Assembly: GCA_964252035.1 (NCBI GenBank) | Contig: OZ176203.1 | Direction: 5' to 3' (one strand) | DNA from: Podarcis erhardii | Lineage: Eukaryota | Length of the DNA stretch: 64,000 nt | In this document: positions 23,330-35,191 of the stretch, one piece after another | Position numbering within the stretch: the stretch's first letter is position 1 | Layout of the letters: each line of letters starts with the position of its first letter | The notes under the pieces: model-generated | Told to the model about the DNA's origin: nothing | Databases searched by the model: none | What the model saw: the letters and a program-made list of their open reading frames with translations, nothing else | Position numbers and translations under genes: made by a program

Positions 23330-23610
23330 CAAGCGTCCCTTCCAGCCCTTCCTCCCGATCACGTCACCCGGCCGCTAACAGCAGAAAGCACTTTTGCCGT
23401 CATCGATTTAATTGCCTGGTGAACTTTAGTTAAAGGCTGCCCTCTGGGTCAATGCAGATTTTTATATATGTGCAGATGAGGAGGCTCTGCTGCTAATGCA
23501 ATTAAGACCTGATCAGCAAATTAAAGGCCTAGTTTGTTGAGGCAATTGAGCACCAGCTCAATCACAAGTTATTGAAACTCACAAGGCTGCCTGCTTCATA
23601 ATGTATTTAG
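23330..23610. promoter_or_regulatory. Candidate intronic enhancer / conserved non-coding element
   Basis: Non-repeat island with CpGs and multiple homeodomain cores, including the palindrome TAATGCAATTA at 23494-23504. Conservation not tested. Confidence 0.35.
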
Positions 23611-24162
23611 TGAGCCCCTCTTATGAGGGGCAGGGGGTGGGCTTCACTGTCTGTGTCACACACACACACACACACACACACCATGGGACTCAGGGTCACT
23701 TCACACATCACACAAGAACACGAGAGACCAGGATGCCCCCTGTTTCCCTTTTTTAAAACCCCACATCTGCTGTCTCTGTGCCAGGGGGCTGTGGTTTGTT
23801 TCGAAGTCCTCATGCAGCAAGCAAGAGCCCAAAGCCTCGGTTCCTGCAATAGTCATGTGCTGCACCCATCTTTGAAGCCTGTGAGATTTTGTGATACGTG
23901 AAATGGGACTTTGGGAAACATTCACACCTGAAGTTATCAATGCCACTTTTGAAAAGGGGCAGAAACATTATTCACTTAATTGATGCAATAAATCAGCAGG
24001 AATTCTGATTGTAGAGTAAAATTTGCATCATTCTTTCGGGTAGCCTATGGAGCTGTTGAAAAGCTGGGACTCTGAAGTTTTGAAGGAATAACTCTTCTCT
24101 GATCCAGCTGGCTGTAATTTGGTAGCAGGATTCTTGATTTCTTGTTCTTTGTTTAAAATAAC

Positions 24163-24166
<4 letters not shown>

Positions 24167-24218
<52 letters not shown>
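24167..24218. repeat. Compound microsatellite (TC)n(AC)n
   Basis: Directly visible. Others: (GA)n about 20762-20784, (CA)n about 23655-23682, (TG)n 33707-33740, (TC)n about 54430-54462. Confidence 0.95.
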
Positions 24219-24899
24219 TTGTTTTGATCAGTTTGTTGTTGTTACGATCTCATAACCCACCCACCTCCAAGGCCTGCCAAGTCCTGTGATAGGATATAAA
24301 TACAACAAATGAATAAAAATGACTTTTTAATGGCTATTTTACTTCTCATTCACCTTTGCAAAGGCTAATTTGCTTGAAAGTTGGAGTATGTTTTGTTACC
24401 TGCCAATTGGACAGGGCCAATCAATATCTGCAATTGCTCAAATGTCAGGCTGCCTCTGCGAAAGGGAACAGTGGTAATGTGAGCTGCCTGGAGGGGGTGG
24501 CCTGCCATTTTCTTGGGACATTAGGCTGAAGGGCAATTGTATGTGAAGAAGACCTTTTATAGCCTCTCCATAGATCAGGCTGTTCCTTCCACTTCCTGTT
24601 TACAGCAGTCCACGTCAAACCAGGCATGGGGTGTGTGGCATAGTAGGGGTGAATCCAGGCTGCTCCAAATGGGGACGCCTCGGTGCCTGCAGTGCTGCAG
24701 GTGGCTCAGGCCAGTGAGCCAAGGGGCAATGCCGCAGAGGGAGGGGGCAAAGGCTCATCACCGCACATCCTCTTTCCAGGGGGCCATTCTGGGCTCAGGC
24801 AGAATATAGGGACAGCCTCGCTGGAGCAGACCATATCTTGTCTTCTGTTTTCTCAGCTCCCAGCTTTGCTTATTTGAAAGTGAGCCCCCTTGCCCACCC

Positions 24900-25165
24900 C
24901 AACAATACCTTGCTTAGCTCCTTCCCAAGAGAAGTTCAGGAACCAGGCAGAGGGCCTTCTCGGTGGTGGCACCCACCCTGTGGAACGCCCTCCCACCAGA
25001 TGTCAAAGAGAAGAACAACTACCAGACTTTCAGAAGAAATCTGAAGGCAGCCCTGTTTGGGGGAGCTTTTAATGTTTAACAGACTATTGTATTTTAATAT
25101 TTTGTTGGAAGCCGCCCAGAGTGGCTGGGGAAACACAGCCAGATGGGCGGGGTATAAATAATAAA
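24900..25165 (+). mobile_element. L2 LINE 3' fragment
   Basis: RAFSVVAPTLWNALP...FRRNLKAALF reading, then GGGCGGGGTATAAATAATAAATTATT tail. Related fragments at about 12440-12530, 40040-40230 and 48600-48670 (-). Confidence 0.75.
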
Positions 25166-25453
25166 TTATTATTATATTATTATACACCTTTAGATGCCAG
25201 ACAGAAATGTTCCTTTTTAACCAGGCCTTTGGTTGATCTGCTTTACATCCTATTCCCTTTTAAAATGTATTTTTTTGGGGGGGCGGCTATTGGGTTGTTT
25301 TTATTTTAATTATGTATTTTGTGGTTTTATAACTTGATTTTATTCTGTGAACCACCCTTAGACCCCCGGGTATAGGATGGTGTATAAATAATAATAACTA
25401 TAATAATAATGTATATACATTCAATAATATATATATATATTATTTTTGAACAG

Positions 25454-25557
25454 TGTGGTAAAGCTTCTGCTCACGGCCGGAGCTGACCCAAACCTAGGAG
25501 ATGAGTTCAGCAGCGTCTACGAGACGGCCAAAGAGAAAGGGCTCCACTCCCTGGAAG
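25454..25557 (+). CDS. CLPB: CLPB coding exon 4 (ankyrin repeat)
   Basis: Acceptor gaacAG; 104 nt encoding (S)[34 protein letters not shown]. Donor GTAACG. Phase 2 to 1. Confidence 0.97.
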
Positions 25558-26999
25558 GTAACGCAACACGGTTTGTTTGTTTTTCATTTATTTATTTCAT
25601 AAATAATCTATGCACTGCTTGATTGCAACAAAAACCTCAAAGTGGTTTACAAAAAGATAAAATAAAAAGTCACAACCATGCTTTAAAACATACAAAAGTT
25701 AAACTAGATTAATAATACCTCAATTTTCTAAGCATAAATAAACTCAGGACCACCTGCTGAACAATGGTTGATGGTTCAGGACAGAAAAAAGAAAGTCCTC
25801 CTTCACGCAGCACAAAGTTAAACTAAGGAAATCTCTCCCAGAGGAGGCAGCGACGGCCTCCTAACTTGGATGGCGTGAAAGGGGCTTAGACAAATTCATG
25901 GAGAATAAAGCTGTTCACAGCCACTGCCTGCGATGGTTATGCTCTGCCCTCCAGTAAATGCTTCTGAATACCAGTTGCTGGAAACCACAGGAGAAGAGAG
26001 GAGAGGGCTGCTCTTGTTCTCTGGTTCCGCTTGTGGGTTTCCTGTAATGGGCATCTGGTTGGCCACTGTGGTGAGAACAAGATGCTGGACAACATGGGCC
26101 TTTGGCCTGATCCAGCAGCTTCTTGTTAGGTTCTTACATTGTCTGCCGTGGTCTCTAATAATAGGTAAAGGTATTAGTAGGTAAAGACGTCTATTTTACC
26201 TACACTTGAGTATATATTGCACAATGTGGACCTAAAAGATGCCAGATTTCCCTTCCAGCTTACATCTTGCCTTCTCTACCTGTATGATCTGGTCCATACG
26301 TCTGCAACTTTCATTTCTGTTGCTTTTCAGACAACGTAAGGTCTTACACATCGCCTCATTTTTCTCTCTGGCAGCAGCAGAACGGAAATTTTGCAAAGGG
26401 CTTTGCTGTTCTCCAGCAATGCCATTTCTTTGAATGCTAACCTGAGTTGCCATTTATTTAGGAAAGGCCAGTCAAGGTTAAAAGTCAGGGTCAGCAGATC
26501 AAATTTCAGAGCAAAAGGAAAAGAAAGAAGAGTACTTGCAGGCGTGGGCTCTTCTCTAGCACTGAATGCAAAACAACATCTTAAACAAAGGAAAGCATCT
26601 TCCCAGACTTTGTTTACATCGAGAATATATCAACTAATGAATTAATTTGGTGGGGAGGGGCTGCATCCTCTCCCTTTCCATCTATAAAACTTTTTGGCTG
26701 AGGAGGGGAGGAGTGAGATAGCTGGAGTGGAGGAAAATACAGCCACTCAGAAGGAAGTTGCATTAATTTTGAGGGTGGGGGTTGACATGTTTTATTAAAA
26801 AGAATAAATTCAGCTGCATTTTTTTGAGAGCAAGAGGGAGGGAGGGAGTAAGGAGACTGTGCATGCGAGAAAGAAAAACTGCCTTTGTTTTGCAGGCTTA
26901 TTTTTAACGATTTGCATATTTTGTGTATAAATTTTTTTTTTCTTCATAAAAGCATCCAAATCGGGGGAGCTGTGCGGCAGGGCCTCCACGCGCAAAATA

Positions 27000-27250
27000 T
27001 ATTACAGACATTTATATGGATGGCAGGGAGGGGAGATGGAGAGCTGAAAATTTCCAGGCTCCCCCGTGATTGATGGCAGGCGAGGCTCCCCTTGACGCTT
27101 TATTGAGTTTCCGATGATTATCTCTCGCGGAGACATTTTTTACGGATGACGGCCGAGCTGTCACGGCGGACCACGGGGGGAAAAGCAGCCCAACAATAAT
27201 AACGCTTTAATCTTTTTACTGCACTGCTCCCTAGTATCTCAGATTCATCT
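27000..27250. promoter_or_regulatory. Candidate intronic enhancer / conserved non-coding element
   Basis: No match to the window's repeat families; CpG-rich; TGATTGATGG (PBX-HOX) at 27067-27076 and CTGTCA (MEIS/PREP) at 27158-27163. Conservation not tested. Confidence 0.4.
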
Positions 27251-28056
27251 TCCCTGACACCAGCCACTTGATTATCCTGCCCCTCCCTGGATAGGCAAAG
27301 GAGAGCAGGGAAGCAAACAAACAAACAAACAAACAAATAAGCAAGCATATCTCAATTCCCCCCCCCCCCGGAAAAAACACCCCCTACACAAAGCATGGTC
27401 ATACAAAAGTCACACCAATTGCTACTTCTGTAGGTGTTGAGGTTTATTAGCAGTGATGCCAGACAGGAGAGAACCCAGCTATTAATTACAATATTTTAGA
27501 TGTGGCTCCTTTTATAACTTGGGTTTTTTTGGAGGGGGGGAGTGGAAGGCGGTGGTAGGAAGGCGCCATAGACGCCGTTTGCTGCCGAGGAGCCGATCTG
27601 AGCGCCTGTTCCCTGATCCTGCTAAGCGCTACTTGCCCCAAGAATGGGGAGAGAAGGAAGGGCTCAACTTTGCAGGGATGCCTCCACTGCAAAGATCCTG
27701 AGCCAATTCCTGAGCTGGCTTAAGTGCCTCTGCTCTTCCCAGGAGCCCCCTGGGGAAGGAGAGCCAACCAGAGATCCCTTCACCCAGAATTCACTGGCTG
27801 TTGGGAGGGGGGCACTTGAAGGAGAGTCAGCCCACGGCACTTTCTCTGGTCTAACACCAGCGGCAGCCTTGCACAAGGGATGGAGCCTGGGGAAGAAATC
27901 ACGGTCCATCCTCCAGACGGTTTCCTTGTTTGAAGAGCATCACAAGGGGCTGGGGGCGTGGCTTAGTGGTACCTTGCATGGGTTGTGCATGGGAAAGGCA
28001 GTAAATCTGGAAAGGGCCTTGGGCTCCCACAGCGCTGGGCAGGGTGCTCTGACTTC

Positions 28057-28461
28057 TTTTTTTAAAAAAAATAATATTTATTCCAGTTTTAAAGGTTACA
28101 AAAAGAAAACACCAAATTAAGCAAGAAAAAACAAGACAATACATTACAATAGGTAAAAACAAACAAACGAACAAAAAAACACAGAAAAATACAAACAATT
28201 AAGAAAAGAAAAAACAATTCAAACCTTCCCATAACTTATTTTTCATTTGCTTGTTTCCTTGACCTCCTCACACCTCCCTTTTTTGTATTCTAGTTCAGTT
28301 AGATATTTCAGCAAATCCTTTCCATCTTTGTTTTTATCTTAATAATTTATCTTGATATACTGTAATTTTACATTCTCTTCTTTCACCATTTAACAATCCA
28401 TTTTTACTTAGTCCTTTATAACATTTCTGCTAAAACCACATAACTTCATTCCAGCATCCTT
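28057..28461 (-). mobile_element. 5'-truncated L1-type LINE 3' UTR with a perfect 17-bp TSD
   Basis: CAGGGTGCTCTGACTTC at 28040-28056 and 28462-28478; poly-T at the left end, AATAAA on the minus strand at 28077-28082, strongly A-rich minus strand. Confidence 0.8.
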
Positions 28462-29143
28462 CAGGGTGCTCTGACTTCACTTAAAACAATTCTGTGCATT
28501 GTGTCCTTGTGTCTCTCTGCCCATCTCCCCTGCGCACACCGTGTCCAGGAACCCTAAAGTCTTGAATCAAGCAACAAGAAGCCTTTTGCTCAGGGGATTT
28601 TAATAAACCACTTGGGTTCTTTTTATTTCATTCATTCATTCATTTTCTTTGTATGCCGCTTTTCCATCCAAAAAAAACAAAAACAAAAAACCATGCTCAA
28701 AGCTGCTTGCAACAAAGAAACAGAGATGCATTTCCTACGAACTTTGCAAAAACAATTTCATAATATCGTAGTGAAACAATAACAGCAACCATATCACAGC
28801 ATAGCAAATCAATAGCATACAAAAAAACCCCCCACATTCTAATTCTAGAAATATAACGAGATTACTTAAACATTATTATTGTTGTTGTTGTTGTTGTTGT
28901 TGTTGTTATTGTTATTGTTATTATTAGAATTTGTATACCGCCCTATAGTATTATGTCTCAGACCACATACAATGTAGTCACATTTTCAGATTCGTTTCTG
29001 TAGCCATGAGGACTAGCGGCATTGATATTTGCAGTCTTCCTCTCAGCCTGCAAAACACATTAATTCCATCAGATATTTGAAGAGCAACAGCAGGGGTATA
29101 CCCAAATCCTTTCCTGGAGGAGCAGGCTTATCAGTAGCTATGC

Positions 29144-29395
29144 CACGGGTAGGCAAACTAAGGCCCAGGGGCCAGATCCGGCCCAATCAACTTCTCAATC
29201 AAAGCCTGCAGACGGTCCGGGAATCAGCGTGCTTTTACATGAGTAGAATGTGTCCTTTTATTTAAAATGCATCTCTGGGTTATTTGTGGGACATAGGCAT
29301 TCGTTCATATATTTTTTTCAAAGTATAGTCTGGCCGCCCACAAGGTCTGAGGGACAGTGGACCGGCCTCCTGCTGAAAAAGTTTGCTGACCCCTG
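29144..29395. mobile_element. hAT-type MITE, same family as 3012-3258, opposite orientation, inserted in a CR1 3' UTR
   Basis: Reverse-complement match to 3012-3258; 8-bp flanks AGCTATGC / GGCTCTGC. Confidence 0.82.
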
Positions 29396-29587
29396 GGCTC
29401 TGCTCTGTCTCCACAGTTAGAAGCAACAATGCTTCTTAATGCCAGTTGCTGGAAGCCACAGGAGGGTTCTTGTGCTCGAATCCTGCTTGCAGGTTTCCCA
29501 CAGGCATTTGAGAAACGGGCATGTCTCAGCTACTTCTCCTCCATCCATGATTCATCTTCTCCCCCTGCCATCCCCTTCCCTTTGCAG

Positions 29588-29716
29588 TTCTGGTCACACG
29601 GGAGGACGACTTCAACAACCGCCTGAACAACCGGGCCAGTTTCAAGGGCTGCACAGCTTTGCATTATGCTGTGCTGGCAGACGATTACTCCACGGTCAAG
29701 TTGCTTCTGGATGGAG
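29588..29716 (+). CDS. CLPB: CLPB coding exon 5 (ankyrin repeat)
   Basis: Acceptor ttgcAG; 129 nt encoding (V)[42 protein letters not shown]. Donor GTAAGG. Phase 1 to 1. Confidence 0.98.
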
Positions 29717-29974
29717 GTAAGGGAAGAGCCGTCATTACTGGGTGTGGGGAGGGCAAGGGGGGCCCACTGCCCGCTGGAACTTTGGGCGCAGAATCTGATG
29801 ATAGAGGAAGCATTTTTAGTCAGCATAGTTGTTGCACACACAAAAAAGAAAGAAAACAGCTCACATTTTCTTTTTCTTTACATATATTTACTACTTGGCA
29901 GGTATAATAACAGATGCCAAATGAAATAAAAATATAAAATAATGTCTGGAAGTAAACATAAAGGAACGAAATGA

Positions 29975-30348
29975 TAATATTTATTGTCATTGTCCCATAC
30001 AGAACAACGAAATTGAAAAATCTACATAAGACATTCGAAAACCCAACAAGCCTGCTATCCCAGCTATCCCAACCTGGTTAGCCCCCTAAAAACTCTGATA
30101 CCCTATTTTCAAATACAATATACTCCCATACAGATTCCTTACAATGCGTTTAAAGCCAAAATCACACTTGGGTAGAAACTGTTTCTCAGGCGGCTAGTCC
30201 TAGTCTTGATAACCCTGGACCTTCTTCCAGAAGGCAGAAGCTGAAAGAGATCATTTCTGGGCTGCACACTATCCTGCGCTATCTCTGCAGCTTTCTTATG
30301 GCACCTGGAAGCATAGATTTGATCCAAGGTGGGAAGAGTGCACATATT
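29975..30348 (-). mobile_element. Rex1/Babar LINE 3' fragment
   Basis: Minus-strand ORF CTLPTLDQIYASRCHKKAAEIAQDSVQPRNDLFQLLPSGRRSRVIKTRTSRLRNSFYPSVILALNAL* matches the Rex1 ORF terminus; tail ACAATGACAATAAA. Confidence 0.82.
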
Positions 30349-31969
30349 TCCATACCCAAATCAAAAATAATAAATTAATATCACAAGGTTCCAAGTAACA
30401 TAATTGGGTTTATATTATCCTGCACCTTATTATTCCAAAACATTATTAAAAAATTCTCAATAAAGGCATTGTCTTGATGTCTGCCCTCTCAGCTTCTTGC
30501 CATATACGTAAGTTTAACCTTGCATACCACGTCCCAGATTTCAGTGGTATATTCTCACATTTTCAAAATATTTAGCGGGGGCCTTGCTCTCCAGAGCCCC
30601 TGCATGGTGCTGCTTCATTGACTCCTCGTCTCGGCCTCTTGTTCAGTAGGGACTTGTGGGTGCTGGAGAAGGCAGGCAGGCAGGCTGACCTCAAGGAGAG
30701 GGGCCAGCTTCTGGTGCTCCTCTGAGCCCTGGCCCCACGGCACTGGGAGATTTGGAGCTTTGCATGAGGGGCTCTTTTCATGGATGTTTGGGCAACTTGC
30801 ACGCCATTTTGGGGGGCTCCTTTCACGTGTGTTTGGAGAAGCTTTTAGTCAAACAGAAGCGAGGTGGGCTGGCGCAAGGGTCATGACCTCCTCTTTGGGG
30901 CTTACTTAGTTTAATGTGCTCAAGCCCACATTCTCAAAGCCTAGTTTCCCAGGGAGACTCCCAACCTGTGGCTTCCCTTTGTCCTGAATGTGGACGTCCT
31001 CCCGCCTGCCTCCCCCAGTGCTAGTCCTTACTACAATTATCCCAGCCCCCCAGCACACCCCACCCCCAGTGCATTCTTCGGATTTTGTTCCAACTCCATC
31101 GGAGTCTTGATGGTCTTTTAAAAGCTCGCTGCCCTTTGTGAAGACAATGTTGCCATGTGCTGTGCCTTTGACATTCGAGAGCTGGGCGCTTCCTCCGCGC
31201 CCGAACGGAACAGGCGCCCTTTGCCCTCTCCTTTACACTCTTCCCACACCTGCCTTTTTTCCAGAGTGCCCTCTGGTCTGGCCAACACTTCCTCCTCTGC
31301 TGGCCACTCTGCCCTCGGGGCCAAAGCCATTAACCACCCAGGCTCCCCGCCTTCCCTTAAACAGCCACCTCGTCCTTCGGTGGGGGTGGGGGTGCTGTCC
31401 CTTTCAGCCCCCGCGGCCTGGCGAGAGGCAGCTTCCACCTCACTCCGTCGCCGTGGCCTTTGGCGGCCCCCTCGCTGAATCACTTGACCCTTCCTTGTGG
31501 TCAGCCTGTCCGTGCCCAGCAGACCGCGAGATGCGAGTCCCCTCTCTCTGTGGGCCGCTGGCGGGCTCCTGACCTGCGCTGACACCACTCAATGGCCTGC
31601 GTGGGAGAAGGAGTGCCCGCCTCGCAAGGCACGTTTCAGGCTTCATTCAGCCCATTCCATACCCGATCGATTCTTGGGTTTTGTGTTCCTTTTATTGGCC
31701 CAAAGCAAGCAGCACGCGCAGGTTGGTGGGGGCTTAATAATGCACGCTGCCTTTTGAAAACGGTCGCTGCATATTATTATGGGGCTTAAAACTTTCCTCC
31801 ACCTTCTTGCTCTGGGGCATTTTGCAGCCAGAGAGCAGCAATCCTTGGTGATGGAAGGTGGAGGAAGAGGAGGAGGGTAGCGTGCCCTGGTTCTATAGGG
31901 CTGAGTCCTTCCGCTTCTTCTGTGGCAATGTCCCTGTCCCTTGATGGAATGAATGGGGCAGCCAAAATT

Positions 31970-32525
31970 AGCAAAGGGGTGGAGCAACTCCCCAGTGAAG
32001 AAAGGTTACAGCATTTGATTTGGAACTTTTTCACTGAGAGAAAAGGCGAATAAGAGGGGACGTGATAGAAATTTATAAAATTATGTGTGGCATGGCGAGA
32101 ACAGATAGAGAAAAGTTTTTCTCCCTCTCTCCTAACATGAGAGAACTTGTGAACATCTAATGAAGCTGAATGTTGGAAGATTCAGAACAGGCGCAAGTTA
32201 AACAGCCACAGGAGGCGGTGGTGGCCACCAACCGAGGTGGCTTTAAAAGAGGACCGGACTAATTCATGGCAGGAAGGACTGTCAGTGGCTAATTAGACTA
32301 ATGAATTAGTCTAATTTTGATTAGTCTAAATCCACCGTTGGAGCCAGCCGTGCTTCTGAATACAAGTTGCTGGAAACAGCAGGAGAGGAGAGAGCGGCTC
32401 TCATGCTCAAATCCTTCTTGTGGGTTTCCCATTAGGGCATCTAGCTGGCCGCTATGAGAATAGAATGCTGGACCAGATGGGCCATTGGCCTGATCCAGCA
32501 GGCTATTATGTTTATACCATGTCTG
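31970..32525 (+). mobile_element. CR1 LINE 3' fragment, subfamily ending in CCTGATCCAGCAGGCT...(TTCTTATG)
   Basis: ORF2 end (RRIRGDVIEIYKIM...GFKRG) plus the shared 3' UTR. This is the longest copy of a family repeated about 20 times, for example 8430-8735, 12020-12230, 18820-19725, 20100-20462, 25780-26135, 37490-37640, 43600-43850 and 53790-53980 on +. Confidence 0.85.
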
Positions 32526-33210
32526 GATTCTTTGGTTAAATAGGATAGCCCTCTGCTTCATTGGCTGATTTAGTTTTTCCTCAGAAGGTGAAATACTAAT
32601 TTGCTCATGTTCCTGATTACCTTAAAACAACTCAGGTGGTAGGTGTGCACCTAGAATTGCATAATGTGGAATTGGCCCTTGCATTCTCTGCTCTAGACTC
32701 GATGCCCTACAGACCTCTGTTTTTTCACAGGCCTCTTAGCAGCGTATTTCCATGAATGGAAAATACCAGCGCCCTTGTCTCACCCCTGCCATTTGTGCAG
32801 GGCAAAAGGCAGGAAGGACCGTTGTGTGTAGACTCTTGCCCCAGCGCAGCGCCCGTCTCCGTCATTCGCATAGCAAAAGACTGTGGTCCGGTCCAGTGAT
32901 GTAGGTTCGGATGATTGCAATGCTGGTGTCTCATCAAACAGAGCTATGGAGAGGTCAGGTGTGGGCACAGAAGGGAATGTGATGGAAGAGGACTCCTTAA
33001 CAGGAGCACTGACAACCCCCTTTGCATTTGCACCTTATGAGTGCAAATGCAGAACTTACAAGGTTGTCCATTTCCAGTCTCCACTTCCAAACAGACCCCA
33101 CGATTTTGGTTCGGAAGAGGATGTCGCGCTTGTCCCAGTGCAGTTGCCACTCTTCCTCCCACGTTGTGGGTTTGCCCTTAAAACAGAGGAGCATCTGCCA
33201 AGGTCCTGCT

Positions 33211-33345
33211 NNNNNNNNNNNNNNNNNNNNNNNNNNNNNNNNNNNNNNNNNNNNNNNNNNNNNNNNNNNNNNNNNNNNNNNNNNNNNNNNNNNNNNNNNN
33301 NNNNNNNNNNNNNNNNNNNNNNNNNNNNNNNNNNNNNNNNNNNNN
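33211..33345. other. Assembly gap (135 N) in CLPB intron 5
   Basis: Run of N. Flanking exons 5 and 6 join in frame, so no constitutive coding exon appears to be hidden. Confidence 0.99.
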
Positions 33346-33705
33346 GAGTCTGCCAGCGCCAGGGCTCAATATGTTGTGGGCCGGCGGTATCGACCCCCCA
33401 TATCTGAAGGCAGCGAGCTCCAACCCCAGCAGCCCCAGACCAGTAATTAAACTCCGGCGAGACTGGGATGTAAAAGCCAATCTTGTCACGGCGTCGAGGG
33501 CTCCAGCGTCCCGACACGGGGAGCGCAATAAGCGCCTGACCAGCAGCAGGTTTATGTCTGTGTCGAAGCTTTTAAGAATAGTTTCCCCACAGGGTGGGGA
33601 GCAAATGGAGCCCTCGGAAGTCTTTCTGGGCACAGAGGTTTTCGCACTGACACGACCATTTGTAAGACATTTAATAGCACCATATAAAGGGAACGGGGCG
33701 GGAGA

Positions 33706-33741
<36 letters not shown>

Positions 33742-34059
33742 TAGGAGACAGACGTCACTGACTCTTGCACTTGTTTTTTCCTTGCTGCACACACGGGGCC
33801 AAGAAGGTTCACACATTCGTGGCAGCATAGGAGAGGAGGAACCGTACCCCTGTTAAGTGGGGAGTGGGGTCCGCATGTCTGAATTCCCCCTCAAAGAATG
33901 AAGTCAGTGGCCCTGGAAAGTTAGGAGGAGGGTCAAGCCCTAATTCTCCATGACACACCGACTTTCCATGCGCCAGGCCATTTTTGACATTAGAGAGCAA
34001 CAAGAATGTAAGAAGATCCAGGTGAATCAGGCCAAGTGGATCTTCTCTACAACATTTGA

Positions 34060-34660
34060 CAGAAGGAGAAGTTTCCATTCATGTTTGGGTATCAGGCATC
34101 CTGTTTTCACAGTGGCCGACCAGATACTTGCAGGAAAGCTGCAAGCAGGAGTCGAACACAAGAGCGCACCCGCTTCCTGTCCAACTGTGGAGGCAGAGTA
34201 ATAGCCTTCAATTGCCCTCTTCTCCATGAATTTGTCTACTTCTCTCTTGAAGCCATCCAGGTTGGTGGCCATCACTGCCTCCTGTGGCAGGGAGTTCTGT
34301 AGTTTAACTATGCGCTGCATTAATAAGTCCTTTCTTTTATCTGTCCTGAATCTTCCAAAATTCAGCTTCCTTGGATCTCCACAAACTCCAGTGCTAGAAG
34401 AGAGGGAGGAAACATTCCTCTGTCCAGTTTATTTCTTTAATTGATAACTCAAGAGCATATGAGCAGTCCTGCTGGATCAGGCCAAAGGCCCATCTAGTCC
34501 GGCCTCCTGTTCTTACAGTGGCCAACCAGATGCCGCAGTGGTAAAACCGCAAGCAGGATCCGAGCACGAGAGCATTCTCTGGCAAATGGTATTCAGAAGC
34601 ATTGCTGTCTCAAACTGCAGAGGCAAAGCAGAGCCATTATGGCCAGTAGCCATTGATAGC
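34060..34660 (-). mobile_element. Cluster of minus-strand CR1 3' fragments
   Basis: Reverse complement of the same CR1 end (ORF MQRIVKLQNSLPQEAVMATNLDGFKREVDKFMEKRAIEGY). Other minus copies at about 34965-35705, 41490-41815, 51860-52175, 55640-55930, 57690-57910 and 61650-61790. Confidence 0.8.
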
Positions 34661-35191
34661 CTCAGGGGACTAATGTAGTCCAGCACCTTGTTCTCCTAGT
34701 GGCCAGGCAGCTCTTACAGTCTGTTCTGCTTCTGGCCATTTAAAAACCAGCTCAGATGACGAAATCACACAGTACATCCAGAAAACTTTCAGATTCAAGC
34801 TTATATGAGGATCTAATCGGAGGGACTTTTCCAATTTGGGGCGCTTTTGAAAACCCTCTCTGAGTACACTCCTGCTGTGGGTAATGTGTTGCAGTGATGC
34901 TACAGCAGAAAGAGTTTGCTTTGCCTTAAACAGCAAGGTAGCATAAGTGAAGTGCTTTGCGCATAAGAACCTAAGAAGAGCCTGCTGGATCAGGCCAGTG
35001 GCCCATCAGCATCCTGTTCTCACAGTGGATTGTCAGATGCCGTAGTGAGAAACCCACAAGCAGGATTGAGCACAAGAGCAACTCTCCCCTCCTGCAGCAT
35101 GAATTTGCCCAGTCCTCTTTTAAAGCCATCCGGGTTAGTGGCCATCCCTGCTTCCTGCAAAGGCAAGTTCTGTAGTTTTAACTATGCAGTA

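Noticed and set aside
32885-33000. Intronic C/D-box snoRNA
   Set aside because: Only imperfect C-box-like words (AGTGATG, GGATGAT), with no properly spaced CTGA or terminal stem.
33211-33345. Missing CLPB exon hidden in the N gap
   Set aside because: Exons 5 and 6 join in frame and give the expected contiguous sequence LLDG-GANPLQ.
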